Source: an uncultured Oscillospiraceae bacterium (GTDB lineage: Bacteria > Bacillota > Clostridia > Oscillospirales > Ruminococcaceae). Taken from it: 64,000 nt of DNA. The notes beneath the pieces are model-generated. The model worked only from the letters and a program-made list of their open reading frames with translations. It was not told the origin of the DNA and searched no databases. Shown in pieces: positions 29,816 through 39,121 of this stretch. Within the stretch, counting starts at the first letter, position 1. Each line of letters starts with the position of its first letter. The stretch lies in assembly GCA_964369265.1 (NCBI GenBank), contig CAYJEV010000001.1, positions 2,917-66,916 of the forward strand. Direction: 5' to 3'. The position numbers and the translations under genes were made by a program.

Positions 29816-29845
29816 CAACTAAAAAAAACATAAAATTTCGCCATC

Positions 29846-29874
29846 TTGCAAAAATGTTTGAAATGTAGTATTAT
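29846..29874 (+). promoter_or_regulatory. candidate promoter of the GNAT-murE-femX operon
   Basis: TTGCAA (29846-29851), 17 nt, TATTAT (29869-29874). Confidence 0.45.
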
Positions 29875-29930
29875 TTAAAAATGGATAATAGAAACTAAAG
29901 TTTATCATAATATATAGAAAGAGGTATAAC

Positions 29931-30359
29931 ATGTATAGAAAAATTTCATGTATCGGTAAGGGAGAAGCTTTTGATTTAGCTTCCAAAATAAGAACAGATG
30001 TATTTATGACTGAGCAAGGGTTTGATAATGAGTTTGACAATTTAGATGAAAAAAGCCTTCATGTAGTTATTTTAGATGGAGCAACACCAATAGCAACTGC
30101 AAGGGCATATAATAACGATGGTGAAACATTATATCATATAGGCAGAGTTGCAGTTAACAAAAGTTATAGAAATAAAGGGCTGGGCAATATAGTAATGGCA
30201 GCTATTGAAGAGGAGCTTTTGGCTATGGGTGTAAAAGAAGTAGTGCTTTCTGCTCAGTGTACTGTTGAAGGTTTTTACAAAAAGAGAGGCTATTGCTCAT
30301 ATGGAGAAGTATATCTTGATGAGCATTGTCCACATATTGATATGAAGAAGGTGCTTTAG
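29931..30359 (+). CDS. GNAT-family N-acetyltransferase
   Basis: 142 aa with the acetyl-CoA-binding-type motif RNKGLGNIVM. Confidence 0.75.
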   Translation: MYRKISCIGKGEAFDLASKIRTDVFMTEQGFDNEFDNLDEKSLHVVILDGATPIATARAYNNDGETLYHIGRVAVNKSYRNKGLGNIVMAAIEEELLAMGVKEVVLSAQCTVEGFYKKRGYCSYGEVYLDEHCPHIDMKKVL

Positions 30360-30362
30360 AAG

Positions 30363-31868
30363 ATGAGTGAAATAAGCCTTAATTTAATAGCAGAAAAACT
30401 AAAAGAAGCTGGTTTGTTTATAGAGTTAAAGGGGAGTGTATCGGATATAAAAATCGAGACTACCTCTTTTGACTCAAGAGAAGCTCTTGCTGGCTGTTTA
30501 TTTATATGTAAGGGGCAGGCGTTTAAAGAAAGCTTCCTTGATAGCGCAATAAATAATGGTGCTGTAGCTTATATTTCTGAGGTAGATTATGGAAAAGAAA
30601 TTCCAGCAATAATTGTTAGCGATATAAGAAAAGCAATGGCTATATCTTCAATGATTGTGTATAATTATCCACACAACTCTTTAAAGACAATAGGTTTAAC
30701 TGGCACAAAAGGAAAAACCACAACCTCTTATTTCATACACAACATTTTAAATAAGCACTATAACAAAAAAACTGGCTTACTTTCTTCGGTTGCAGTTTGC
30801 GTTGGAGAGAGGGAATATGAGGCGCATTTAACAACACCTGAATCTCCAGAGCTTCAAAAGTTGCTGGCTGAAATGGTAGCCTATGATCAAAAAGCGGTTA
30901 CTATGGAAGTTTCTTCCCAAGCCTATCTTATGAATAGGGTAGATGGAATGACTTTTGATTATGGTGTGTTTTTAAATGTTGGAGAGGATCATATTGGGCC
31001 TTTGGAGCATGTCGACTTTGAAGATTATTTAAGCTGCAAGTTAAAGTTTGTTGAGAACTGCAAGACTATGGTTATAAATGCAGACACTGATTATTTTGAT
31101 AGAATAAAGGCTGTTGCTGATAAGCATTGCGAAAATGTTATAACCTTTGGGGATAAAGGAAGTGCGGATTACATTATCTCTAATGTACAGAAGCTGCAAT
31201 TGGGATTTGAATTTGAGCTAACTTATAAAGGCATCACAGAGGAATATGAAATAACAATGCCAGGCAGATTTAACATTGAGAATTCAGTTGCCGCTATTAT
31301 CATCTCAAAGCAGATAGGAGCATCATATGAAGATATAATCTTAGGGCTTAAAGAAACGAAGGTTATGGGCAGAATGAATTTATTTGAGGGCAAGGATATT
31401 ACCATCATAGTAGACTATGCTCATAACTATGTTAGCTTTAAAAAACTATATGAATCAGTAAAGCTTGATTACCCTAATAGACGAGTTACAGTATTGTTTG
31501 GATGTCCTGGCGGTAAAGCTCATTTAAGAAGGCGTGATATTGGAATGCTTTCTGGAGAGTATGCAGATTATATTTATATAACTGCAGAAGACCCACAATA
31601 TGAAGAAGTTCTAAATATTTGCGAAGATATAGCAAATTTCGTCAAGCCATATAACAAGCCTTATGAAATAATTGAAGACAGGGAAACTGCTGTTAGAAAG
31701 GCTATCGCTGAAGCGAAAGCTGGAGATGTTCTGCTTTTAACTGGCAAGGGAGAAGAGTTCTATCAAAAAGTTAGGGGAGAATATGTCTATTATGCCTCTG
31801 ATTTCGAGCTTGCGAAGGAATGCCTAGAAATACGAGATAGCGAGGTAAGCCATGCCTTTATTAAATAA
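30363..31868 (+). CDS. murE: UDP-N-acetylmuramoyl-L-alanyl-D-glutamate ligase MurE (probably not DAP-adding)
   Basis: Mur ligase P-loop GLTGTKGKTTTSY; 501 aa. AEDPQ occupies the position where DAP-type enzymes carry DNPR. Confidence 0.85.
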   Translation: MSEISLNLIAEKLKEAGLFIELKGSVSDIKIETTSFDSREALAGCLFICKGQAFKESFLDSAINNGAVAYISEVDYGKEIPAIIVSDIRKAMAISSMIVYNYPHNSLKTIGLTGTKGKTTTSYFIHNILNKHYNKKTGLLSSVAVCVGEREYEAHLTTPESPELQKLLAEMVAYDQKAVTMEVSSQAYLMNRVDGMTFDYGVFLNVGEDHIGPLEHVDFEDYLSCKLKFVENCKTMVINADTDYFDRIKAVADKHCENVITFGDKGSADYIISNVQKLQLGFEFELTYKGITEEYEITMPGRFNIENSVAAIIISKQIGASYEDIILGLKETKVMGRMNLFEGKDITIIVDYAHNYVSFKKLYESVKLDYPNRRVTVLFGCPGGKAHLRRRDIGMLSGEYADYIYITAEDPQYEEVLNICEDIANFVKPYNKPYEIIEDRETAVRKAIAEAKAGDVLLLTGKGEEFYQKVRGEYVYYASDFELAKECLEIRDSEVSHAFIK

Positions 31869-32907
31869 AAATGATGTTAAGGAGCTTGAGGAGTATTCAT
31901 TATTTCTTGAAACAAGTCCGTATTCTAACACAACTCAATCTATTTTTTGGGCAAAGCTTAAATGGGAATGGAACTATGAGGGTGTTTTTGTTAAAAGAGA
32001 TGGCGAAATTGTAGCTGCTGTAACTGTGCTGATAAAGAAAATAGGTCCTTTTAGTATGATGTATGCACCAAAAGGCCCAGTATGTGACATAAGCGACTTG
32101 TCATTATTAAAAGAGCTTAAGCTAGAAATAGACAAGCTTGCTAAAATGAAAAAAGCTTTTTTATTCACTTGCGACCCAGAAGTTTCGTTCAATCAAGATA
32201 TAATAGATGCATTTGTTAGTCTTGGATTTACTGCTAAAAATAGGGGTTGCAGCAAGGATGAGCTAATTCAGCCGCGTTTTAATATGATGCTCAACATCAA
32301 AGATAAAACAGAAGATGAGCTTATGGCTAGCTTTAATGAGAAAACCCGCTATAATATCAGATATGCAAAGAGAAAGGGCGTTGAGGTTAGATATTCTCGA
32401 AGCGATGAAGATATAAAGAAGTTCCATGAAATATCTGAAATTACAGCCATTAGAGATAAGATAACTTGCAGAAGCCTTCAATACTTTAAGGTTATGAGAG
32501 ATGTATTTCCAGAGCAATATCTAAGGGTTTACACAGCCGAACATGAAGGTGAGGCTTTATCTGGTGCTATAGCTATATGCTATGGGAAAAAGATGTGGTA
32601 TATATATGGAGCAAGCTCAAATAACAAGCGCAACTTAATGCCTAACCATTTAATGCAGTGGGAGATGATTAAGTGGGGGCTTGAGAATGGTTGTGAAGTT
32701 TATGATTTTGGTGGAGTGTTTGAGCTATCAAAAGAGAATGGCTTATATCGTTTCAAAGAGGGTTTTTGCAGAGAAGAAGGTTTGATGGAGCTTGTTGGTG
32801 AGTTTGAATTTATATACAACAAAACTCTATACAACTTATTTACAAAGGCTGTGCCAAAAATCAGAGGAATAAGAAGGAAAATAGCTATACGCAAACAATC
32901 GAAATAA
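31852..32907 (+). CDS. FemAB-family peptidoglycan interpeptide-bridge aminoacyltransferase (FemX/MurM-like)
   Basis: 351 aa, two GNAT-like halves, KKMWYIYGASSNNKRNLMPNHLMQWEMIKWGLENGCEVYDFGGV region typical of the FemAB family. It overlaps the murE 3' end. Confidence 0.8.
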   Translation: MPLLNKNDVKELEEYSLFLETSPYSNTTQSIFWAKLKWEWNYEGVFVKRDGEIVAAVTVLIKKIGPFSMMYAPKGPVCDISDLSLLKELKLEIDKLAKMKKAFLFTCDPEVSFNQDIIDAFVSLGFTAKNRGCSKDELIQPRFNMMLNIKDKTEDELMASFNEKTRYNIRYAKRKGVEVRYSRSDEDIKKFHEISEITAIRDKITCRSLQYFKVMRDVFPEQYLRVYTAEHEGEALSGAIAICYGKKMWYIYGASSNNKRNLMPNHLMQWEMIKWGLENGCEVYDFGGVFELSKENGLYRFKEGFCREEGLMELVGEFEFIYNKTLYNLFTKAVPKIRGIRRKIAIRKQSK

Positions 32908-32912
32908 ACTTT

Positions 32913-32939
32913 AAAGCTGTTGCAGTTTGTGACAGCTTT
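32913..32939 (+). terminator. intrinsic terminator after femX
   Basis: AAAGCTGT / ACAGCTTT stem, T-rich 3' side. Confidence 0.6.
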
Positions 32940-33002
32940 ATGCTTTACTTATAGTTAACTATGTGATAGAATAAGGAGTAATAATTTATTGGAGGTTAGA
33001 GT

Positions 33003-33638
33003 ATGAAAGCAGCTATATTTGATATGGATGGTACACTTATAGATTCAATGTGGGTGTGGCAGAAAACAGACGAAACTTATTCAGAGCGTAAGGGCATTAC
33101 TTTAACTGAAGAAGAACACAAACTAATTGCTGTAATGACCTTTGATGAAGTTCCTGTATACTTAAAGGAGAAATATAATATTGAAGATGATATCCAAAAA
33201 ATGAAGGATGATATTATGAATATCGCCCTTGAACTGTTTGATGAGAGGGTAGTTTTTAAGGATGGAGTACTTGATTATATTAAAATGCTAAAAGATGAGG
33301 GAGTTAAAACTGCTATTGCGACAGCTTCAACCAATGAATTTGTTAATATAGTGCTTGATAAATGTGGTTCAAGAGAGCTTTTTGATGTTGTTTTGACTTC
33401 ATATGACATTAAGAGTAGCAAAAGAGAAAGCTCAGAGATATACGATAAGTGCTGCGCTTTGTTAGGAACTTCAAAGTCAGATTGTGTTGTGTTTGAAGAT
33501 GCTTTTCATGCTGCTAAAACTGCGAAAAAGGCAGGGTATTATGTAATAGGTGTGCATGATGAACATAATCTTCAAGATAGAGAAGAGTTTAACTTAACTT
33601 GCGATAAAGTTATTGATAGCTGGAGAGAGCTAATGTAA
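33003..33638 (+). CDS. HAD-superfamily hydrolase (beta-phosphoglucomutase-like subfamily)
   Basis: Motif I AAIFDMDGTLIDS; 211 aa. Confidence 0.75.
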   Translation: MKAAIFDMDGTLIDSMWVWQKTDETYSERKGITLTEEEHKLIAVMTFDEVPVYLKEKYNIEDDIQKMKDDIMNIALELFDERVVFKDGVLDYIKMLKDEGVKTAIATASTNEFVNIVLDKCGSRELFDVVLTSYDIKSSKRESSEIYDKCCALLGTSKSDCVVFEDAFHAAKTAKKAGYYVIGVHDEHNLQDREEFNLTCDKVIDSWRELM

Positions 33639-33651
33639 AGGGGGGAGTCAG

Positions 33652-35844
33652 TTGAGCAGGAGCGAAGTTGTTAATGGAACAGTCGAAGATATTACATATC
33701 ACAATGAACAAAATGGCTTTACAATAATGGTGCTCTCAACAGCTGACGACGAGGTTTTGACTGTTCTTGGGGAGCTTTTAGAGCCAGCTTATGGTGAAGA
33801 GCTCGAATGTACAGGAGTGTACACAACCCATCCAACATATGGTAGGCAGTTCAAAGCAACAGCAATTCAAAGGATATTGCCCTCAGGAGCATCAGCCATA
33901 TTAAGATATCTTTCTGGTGGTGCTATTAAAGGGATAGGCCCTGGTATTGCTGCTAGAATAGTGACTAAATTTGGCGATGACACTCTTGATGTGCTTGAAA
34001 ACAACCCTGAATTTTTAGCGGAGATAAAGGGGATTAGCAGCCAAAAGGCAATGTCTATTGGGGAAGAATATAAAAGAATATTCGGTCTTCGTTCTGTGAT
34101 GATTTCTCTTGCAAGCTATGGAATAAATTCCAGCAGCGCAATTGCTGTGTGGAAGCGCTTTGGAGCGATGACAAAAGAGATTATTGACACAAACCCATAT
34201 CTGCTTAGTGACGACGAACTTAACATAAGCTTTGAGAGCATTGATTTAATCGCAGATAGGCTAGGCTTTAAGCCAGAAGACAGGGAGAGGGTTCGTGGCG
34301 GTATATGTTATGTGCTTAGATATAATAAAAATAATGGGCATTGTTGCCTGCCGATGGATAAATTTCTTTCCTCAGTTAGCGAGTTCTTAAATATAGATAA
34401 ACAAGCAGTTTTAGATAATATTGAAGACTTGATAGAGGATAACGACATAGTTAGATATACTTCTGAGGGAGAGGAATATATTTATCTTCCTGAGCTTTTT
34501 GATAGTGAATGTTATATTGCTGGAAGAATTTTAGGCATGATGAAACTAAGCTATAGCGAGAAGGCTGTTTCAGACGAAGAGGTTGAAGCTATAGAAAAAG
34601 AGTCTAGCATTGGCTATGCAGAAGAGCAGAAGAATGCGCTTCACCAAGCTGTTAATCACAGCTTAATGATATTAACAGGAGGGCCTGGTACAGGAAAGAC
34701 CACAACCTTAAATGGCATACTTAAGCTTTTTGAGAGGCGTGGAATGAAGGTGCTTTTGGCTGCACCAACAGGAAGAGCAGCAAAGCGACTTGCTGAACTT
34801 ACTGGAAAAGAAGCAAAGACAATACATAGGCTTTTAGAGGTTGATTTTACTTCTGAAAAACTAGCTTTTAGAAGAAACCAAACTAATCCTCTGCAAGTAG
34901 ATGCAATTATTGTAGATGAGATGTCTATGGTGGATATTAAGCTTTTTGAAAATTTGCTTTCTGCTGTTAAGCTAGGGAGTAAACTTATAATGGTTGGTGA
35001 TCCAGATCAGCTCCCATCAGTAGGTCCTGGAAATGTCTTAAGGGATTTAATAGCTTCTGAAATTGTTCCAACAGTGAATTTAAATCATATATTTCGTCAA
35101 GCAGCTCAAAGCAGTATAGTTGTAGCGGCTCATGATATTGTTTCTGGCGAAATGCCTAATCTTACTAAAAGAGATAGCGATTTTTTCTTTTTAGAGAGGG
35201 GAAGCAATGCTGGAGTGATTGAAACAGTTGCTGAGTTAGTGGCTAGGCGATTGCCTAAAGCCTACAACCTTAAGCCAACTGAAGATATTCAAATAATATG
35301 CCCTTCTCGCAAAACTGTTATTGGAACAGAGGGCTTAAATAGACAAATTCAAGCAATTCTAAACCCTCCTTCTCCACAAAAAAAGGAAGTTGAAAAGTTT
35401 GGCATAACCTATCGTGAAGGCGATAAAGTAATGCAGATAAAAAACAACTACGATATTATTTGGACTCAAAATGATGAAGAGGGCATGGGTATTTTCAATG
35501 GCGATATTGGCTGGATTGAGATGATTGATAAGCCATCAAAAAGCATTATCATTCGCTTTGAAGATAAAACGGCAACCTATACCTTCGATATGCTAACCGA
35601 AATTGATCTTGCGTATGCTATAACTGTGCATAAAAGCCAAGGCAACGAATTTGAAGCCGTTATAATTCCTATAACAGGAACACATTCAAGGCTTTATTAT
35701 AGAAATTTGCTGTACACTGCTGTTACAAGAGCAAAAAAGCTTCTGGTAATAGTTGGACAACAAGCATCAATTCATCAAATGGTGTCAACAACTAATAAAA
35801 TGAAAAGATACTCAAATTTAAAGTCTATATTAGTGAGTGACTAG
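33652..35844 (+). CDS. recD2: RecD2-type SF1 ATP-dependent DNA helicase
   Basis: Walker A LTGGPGTGKTTT, C-terminal AYAITVHKSQGNEF, N-terminal HhH region; 730 aa; TTG start after GGGGGAG. Confidence 0.85.
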   Translation: MSRSEVVNGTVEDITYHNEQNGFTIMVLSTADDEVLTVLGELLEPAYGEELECTGVYTTHPTYGRQFKATAIQRILPSGASAILRYLSGGAIKGIGPGIAARIVTKFGDDTLDVLENNPEFLAEIKGISSQKAMSIGEEYKRIFGLRSVMISLASYGINSSSAIAVWKRFGAMTKEIIDTNPYLLSDDELNISFESIDLIADRLGFKPEDRERVRGGICYVLRYNKNNGHCCLPMDKFLSSVSEFLNIDKQAVLDNIEDLIEDNDIVRYTSEGEEYIYLPELFDSECYIAGRILGMMKLSYSEKAVSDEEVEAIEKESSIGYAEEQKNALHQAVNHSLMILTGGPGTGKTTTLNGILKLFERRGMKVLLAAPTGRAAKRLAELTGKEAKTIHRLLEVDFTSEKLAFRRNQTNPLQVDAIIVDEMSMVDIKLFENLLSAVKLGSKLIMVGDPDQLPSVGPGNVLRDLIASEIVPTVNLNHIFRQAAQSSIVVAAHDIVSGEMPNLTKRDSDFFFLERGSNAGVIETVAELVARRLPKAYNLKPTEDIQIICPSRKTVIGTEGLNRQIQAILNPPSPQKKEVEKFGITYREGDKVMQIKNNYDIIWTQNDEEGMGIFNGDIGWIEMIDKPSKSIIIRFEDKTATYTFDMLTEIDLAYAITVHKSQGNEFEAVIIPITGTHSRLYYRNLLYTAVTRAKKLLVIVGQQASIHQMVSTTNKMKRYSNLKSILVSD

Positions 35845-35857
35845 TTTTAAAGATATT

Positions 35858-35934
35858 TCTTATCATTCCTTGCTCATCTGATGAGGAAATGAGCTTCAAA
35901 TTTTTATGCCGTTGATGAGCGGCGGAATGGAGCA
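35858..35934 (+). repeat. 77-nt direct repeat, copy 1
   Basis: Identical to 36009-36085 except C35909 versus T36060. Confidence 0.95.
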
Positions 35935-36008
35935 ACAGTTTGCTTTGCAAACAATTGCCTCGCAGGGGCGATGTGCAGGGCGATTGCCGCCCTTATGCAC
36001 AATAATGC
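35935..36008 (+). other. 74-nt spacer with three hairpins, locally GC-rich
   Basis: GTTTGC-TTT-GCAAAC (35934-35948), GCCTC-GCA-GGGGC (35957-35969) and TGTGCAGGGCG-ATTGC-CGCCC-TTA-TGCACA (35972-36001). Confidence 0.7.
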
Positions 36009-36085
36009 TCTTATCATTCCTTGCTCATCTGATGAGGAAATGAGCTTCAAATTTTTATGTCGTTGATGAGCGGCGGAATGGAGCA
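36009..36085 (+). repeat. 77-nt direct repeat, copy 2 (supplies the comFC RBS)
   Basis: Offset is exactly 151 nt from copy 1. It ends in GGAATGGAGCA just before ATG 36088. Confidence 0.95.
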
Positions 36086-36087
36086 TT

Positions 36088-36783
36088 ATGATGTTAAGAT
36101 TACTGCTGGCGAAAAGATGCTTTTTATGTGAGAGAGCAATTAAGAGAAACTTCGTTGCTTGTGTTGATTGCCATCCTCTGTTGGAGGATGTTAGTATAAG
36201 CTCCCACAAAGAAAAAATGTGTGAAGTTTGTGGAAAGCTAGACGGAAAATGCATTTGCGATAGAATAACTAATTTAGATGCAACTGTATTTCCTTACTTT
36301 TATAATGACATCACCAAAAATATAGCAGTGTCAATCAAAAAAGTATATAACAAAGACAAGATAACACATCTTGCAGAAGAAATGGCAACTGCTATGAAAA
36401 GCAAGGCTTTGTTATCTGGATATGATTATGTGACATATATTCCAACAACTATTGATAAAATAGAAGAGAGAGGGTTTAACATCTCTTTTTTATTGGCTAA
36501 GGAGTTTAGCAAGCTTGTAAATAAAGAGCTGGTTAAGCCTGTTATAGTTAGGGAGAAGGTTGGAGTTGACCAACACACATTAAAGGTTACCCAGCGTAAA
36601 GAAAATGCCTTAAGACAATATCAGCCAACAGGAGAAATCATAAGCGGAAGCTTTATTTTAATTGATGATATTGTAACAGGAGGAGATACTCTAAATAGAT
36701 GTGCAGAGCTGTTATTAAAAGCTGGCGCAAAAAATGTTATAGGGTTGACTGCGTTTGGTACAGGAAGAACTGAGGAAATTTAG
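36088..36783 (+). CDS. comFC: ComF-family protein (ComFC, PRTase-like competence protein)
   Basis: N-terminal zinc-finger-like CxxC pairs (CFLCERA, CVDCH) and PRTase motif FILIDDIVTGGDTL. Confidence 0.75.
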   Translation: MMLRLLLAKRCFLCERAIKRNFVACVDCHPLLEDVSISSHKEKMCEVCGKLDGKCICDRITNLDATVFPYFYNDITKNIAVSIKKVYNKDKITHLAEEMATAMKSKALLSGYDYVTYIPTTIDKIEERGFNISFLLAKEFSKLVNKELVKPVIVREKVGVDQHTLKVTQRKENALRQYQPTGEIISGSFILIDDIVTGGDTLNRCAELLLKAGAKNVIGLTAFGTGRTEEI

Positions 36784-36802
36784 ATTTAATTTGGAGGATT
36801 TA

Positions 36803-37822
36803 ATGGGAATATCACAAGATATTGGAATAGATTTAGGAACAGCGAACTTGCTTATATGCGATCCAGATGGCAACATTCTTCTTAATGAGCCGTCTGTTGT
36901 TGCAGTAAACACAAGAACAGGCGATGTTATGGCTGTTGGCGATGAGGCAAATCAAATGCTTGGTAGAACGCCTGATCATGTTAAGGCTGTTATGCCATTG
37001 CAAGACGGAGTTATATCAGACTTTGATATGACATCAGCAATGATAATGGGTTTTATGAAAAAGGTGTATAGTGGAAGTGCTATACGTCCTAGAGTAATTG
37101 TATGTGTGCCATCTGCTATAACAGACGTTGAGTCAAAGGCTGTTGTAGAAACTGCTGTTAGAGCAGGAGCAAGAAAAGTGTATTTGATTGAAGAACCTGT
37201 TGCTGCTGCGATTGGTTCAGGAATTGATATAACAAAGCCAGAGGGAAGGGTTATAGTTGATATTGGAGGAGGAACAACCGATATAGCTGTGCTTTCCTTT
37301 AGTGGGATTGTATGCAAAAGATCTATTAAATCAGCTGGTAGAAAGCTTGACCTTTCAATTGTGCGATATGTTAAGAAAAAACATAATGTTATAATAGGCG
37401 AAAAGAACGCTGAAATGATTAAAAAGCAGATAGTTAGTGTGTATTTCGATGAGGATAAATCTTGTGAGGTTAAAGGCAAGGATGCTGTAACAGGGCTTCC
37501 AGTCACTATAACAGTTACAAGAAGCGAACTAAAGCCTGTTGTCGAAGATTTAGCAGAGGATATTTTCTATTCTTTAAGAAAAATCTTAGAGATAACTCCT
37601 CCTGAGCTTTCAGCTGATATTTACAATACAGGCATTTTCTTAACTGGTGGAGGGGCTTTAATTGATGGGCTTGATAGGTATTTGGAAGAGAAATCAGGGC
37701 TATCTGTTTATAAATCAGACAATCCAATTGAATGCGTTGCTATAGGAACGGCGAAGGCTTTTGGATATTTAGGTAGGCTTTATGATGGCTTTGTTAAAAC
37801 GAGTGCATTTAGTCACAACTAA
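36803..37822 (+). CDS. mreB: rod shape-determining actin homologue MreB/Mbl
   Basis: IGIDLGTANLL and IVDIGGGTTDIAV actin-fold motifs. ATG 36803 follows GGAGGA. Confidence 0.9.
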   Translation: MGISQDIGIDLGTANLLICDPDGNILLNEPSVVAVNTRTGDVMAVGDEANQMLGRTPDHVKAVMPLQDGVISDFDMTSAMIMGFMKKVYSGSAIRPRVIVCVPSAITDVESKAVVETAVRAGARKVYLIEEPVAAAIGSGIDITKPEGRVIVDIGGGTTDIAVLSFSGIVCKRSIKSAGRKLDLSIVRYVKKKHNVIIGEKNAEMIKKQIVSVYFDEDKSCEVKGKDAVTGLPVTITVTRSELKPVVEDLAEDIFYSLRKILEITPPELSADIYNTGIFLTGGGALIDGLDRYLEEKSGLSVYKSDNPIECVAIGTAKAFGYLGRLYDGFVKTSAFSHN

Positions 37823-37857
37823 ATTATAAGAAAAAATTTAGATATTGGAGAGAAAAA

Positions 37858-39111
37858 ATGACCAGAACAGATCAGAAGTTTTATGGATGGAAAATAGCTA
37901 TATTAGGATTTTTAATAACAGGATGTACAGTAGGGCTTCTGCAAAACTGCAATGGTATTTTCTTGAAGCCTGTAACAGAAGAGCTAGGTTTTTTACGAAG
38001 CCAATTATCACTATACTCAACAATTTCTAGCATAACAACAGTTTTGCTTCTTCCAGTATTTAGTGAGCTATATTCTAAATTTAAGCTAAAAAATATGCTG
38101 CTATTATGTGGAATACTTATGAGCATGCTATATTTTTCATATTCCTTCGCTTCTGAAATATGGCATTTTTATGTTATTGCTGTTTTAATAGGTTCTGTTA
38201 CAAATGGAACTACCATAACTATAATTGGAATAATTATAAATAACTGGTTTCAAGATAAGAGGGGAATAGCGGCAGGAATTGCATTTTCTGGCTCTGGTGT
38301 ATTTGCTGCGACCATAATACCAATACTAAATAGAGTCATTGAAACATATGGCTGGCAGTGGGGATATAGAATGCTTGGTTGTTTAGCTGTAGTTATTTTT
38401 ATTCCTTTGGTTGTATTTTTTATGAAAACTTCGCCATCTGATATAGGACAAGCTCCTTATGTAGACAAAGAGAACAGCAAGGATAATTTAACGGCACTAG
38501 CAGCATCTGGTGTTCCTAAAAATAAAGCAATTAAAACCCCAACATTTATTTTCCTTGCTATAGCTGCCTTTATTGTAGGATTTGGAAGCATGGGAGGCGT
38601 TCAGCCCCACACTATGGCGTATCTAACCGATGTTGGATATGACAGCACATTCTCTTCAATGATGTCCTCAATGATAATGGTTGGCATGATAGTAGGGAAA
38701 CTAGGCCTTGGTTATATATTCGATAAGATAGGTGCTTTTAGAGGGGCGATGATAAATGGAGCTGCTGGCTTTTTTGGTGTAGTTTTTGTGATTATGGCAG
38801 AAAATTCAATGATGATGGCTATTATATATGGCTTGACTATGGGAATTGCTTGCTCTGGCGGAACAGTAACTATAAACTATTTAACAGCAAGCTATTTTGG
38901 AGATTTAGACTTCAAGCGACTTCTGCCCCTATTAACTATGGCTTTTATGATTGGTGTTTCGCTTGGAAATCCATTTTCAGGATTGATATTTGATTTAACA
39001 GGAAATTATTCTGCTGCTTGGAATGTGTATCTAGTCGCTACTTTAATAGGATGGGCAAGCTTCTTTTTAGCGAATAAGTTTTCAAAGAGATTAGAGTTTG
39101 AAACAAAGTAA
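37858..39111 (+). CDS. MFS transporter (substrate unknown)
   Basis: 417 aa, about 12 hydrophobic segments with a central loop, typical MFS architecture. Confidence 0.7.
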   Translation: MTRTDQKFYGWKIAILGFLITGCTVGLLQNCNGIFLKPVTEELGFLRSQLSLYSTISSITTVLLLPVFSELYSKFKLKNMLLLCGILMSMLYFSYSFASEIWHFYVIAVLIGSVTNGTTITIIGIIINNWFQDKRGIAAGIAFSGSGVFAATIIPILNRVIETYGWQWGYRMLGCLAVVIFIPLVVFFMKTSPSDIGQAPYVDKENSKDNLTALAASGVPKNKAIKTPTFIFLAIAAFIVGFGSMGGVQPHTMAYLTDVGYDSTFSSMMSSMIMVGMIVGKLGLGYIFDKIGAFRGAMINGAAGFFGVVFVIMAENSMMMAIIYGLTMGIACSGGTVTINYLTASYFGDLDFKRLLPLLTMAFMIGVSLGNPFSGLIFDLTGNYSAAWNVYLVATLIGWASFFLANKFSKRLEFETK

Positions 39112-39121
39112 GAGGTGCTTT

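Noticed and set aside
35871-35895. Hammerhead-ribozyme-like CTGATGAG...GAAA string inside each 77-nt repeat
   Set aside because: Only one nucleotide separates CUGAUGA from GAAA, so there is no stem II. No flanking stems I or III with a cleavage triplet could be drawn. I treat it as coincidental with the CTCATC/GATGAG palindrome.
35858-36085. CRISPR-like or mobile-element interpretation of the direct repeats
   Set aside because: There are only two copies, the repeats are 77 nt long and longer than the spacer, and no cas, transposase or integrase genes or terminal inverted repeats are nearby.
35904-36254. 116-aa minus-strand ORF and a 45-codon plus-strand ORF (35906-36043) spanning the repeat region
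   Set aside because: Neither has an RBS. The minus ORF overlaps the comFC start antisense and its sequence is low-complexity. Both are most simply by-products of the duplicated sequence.
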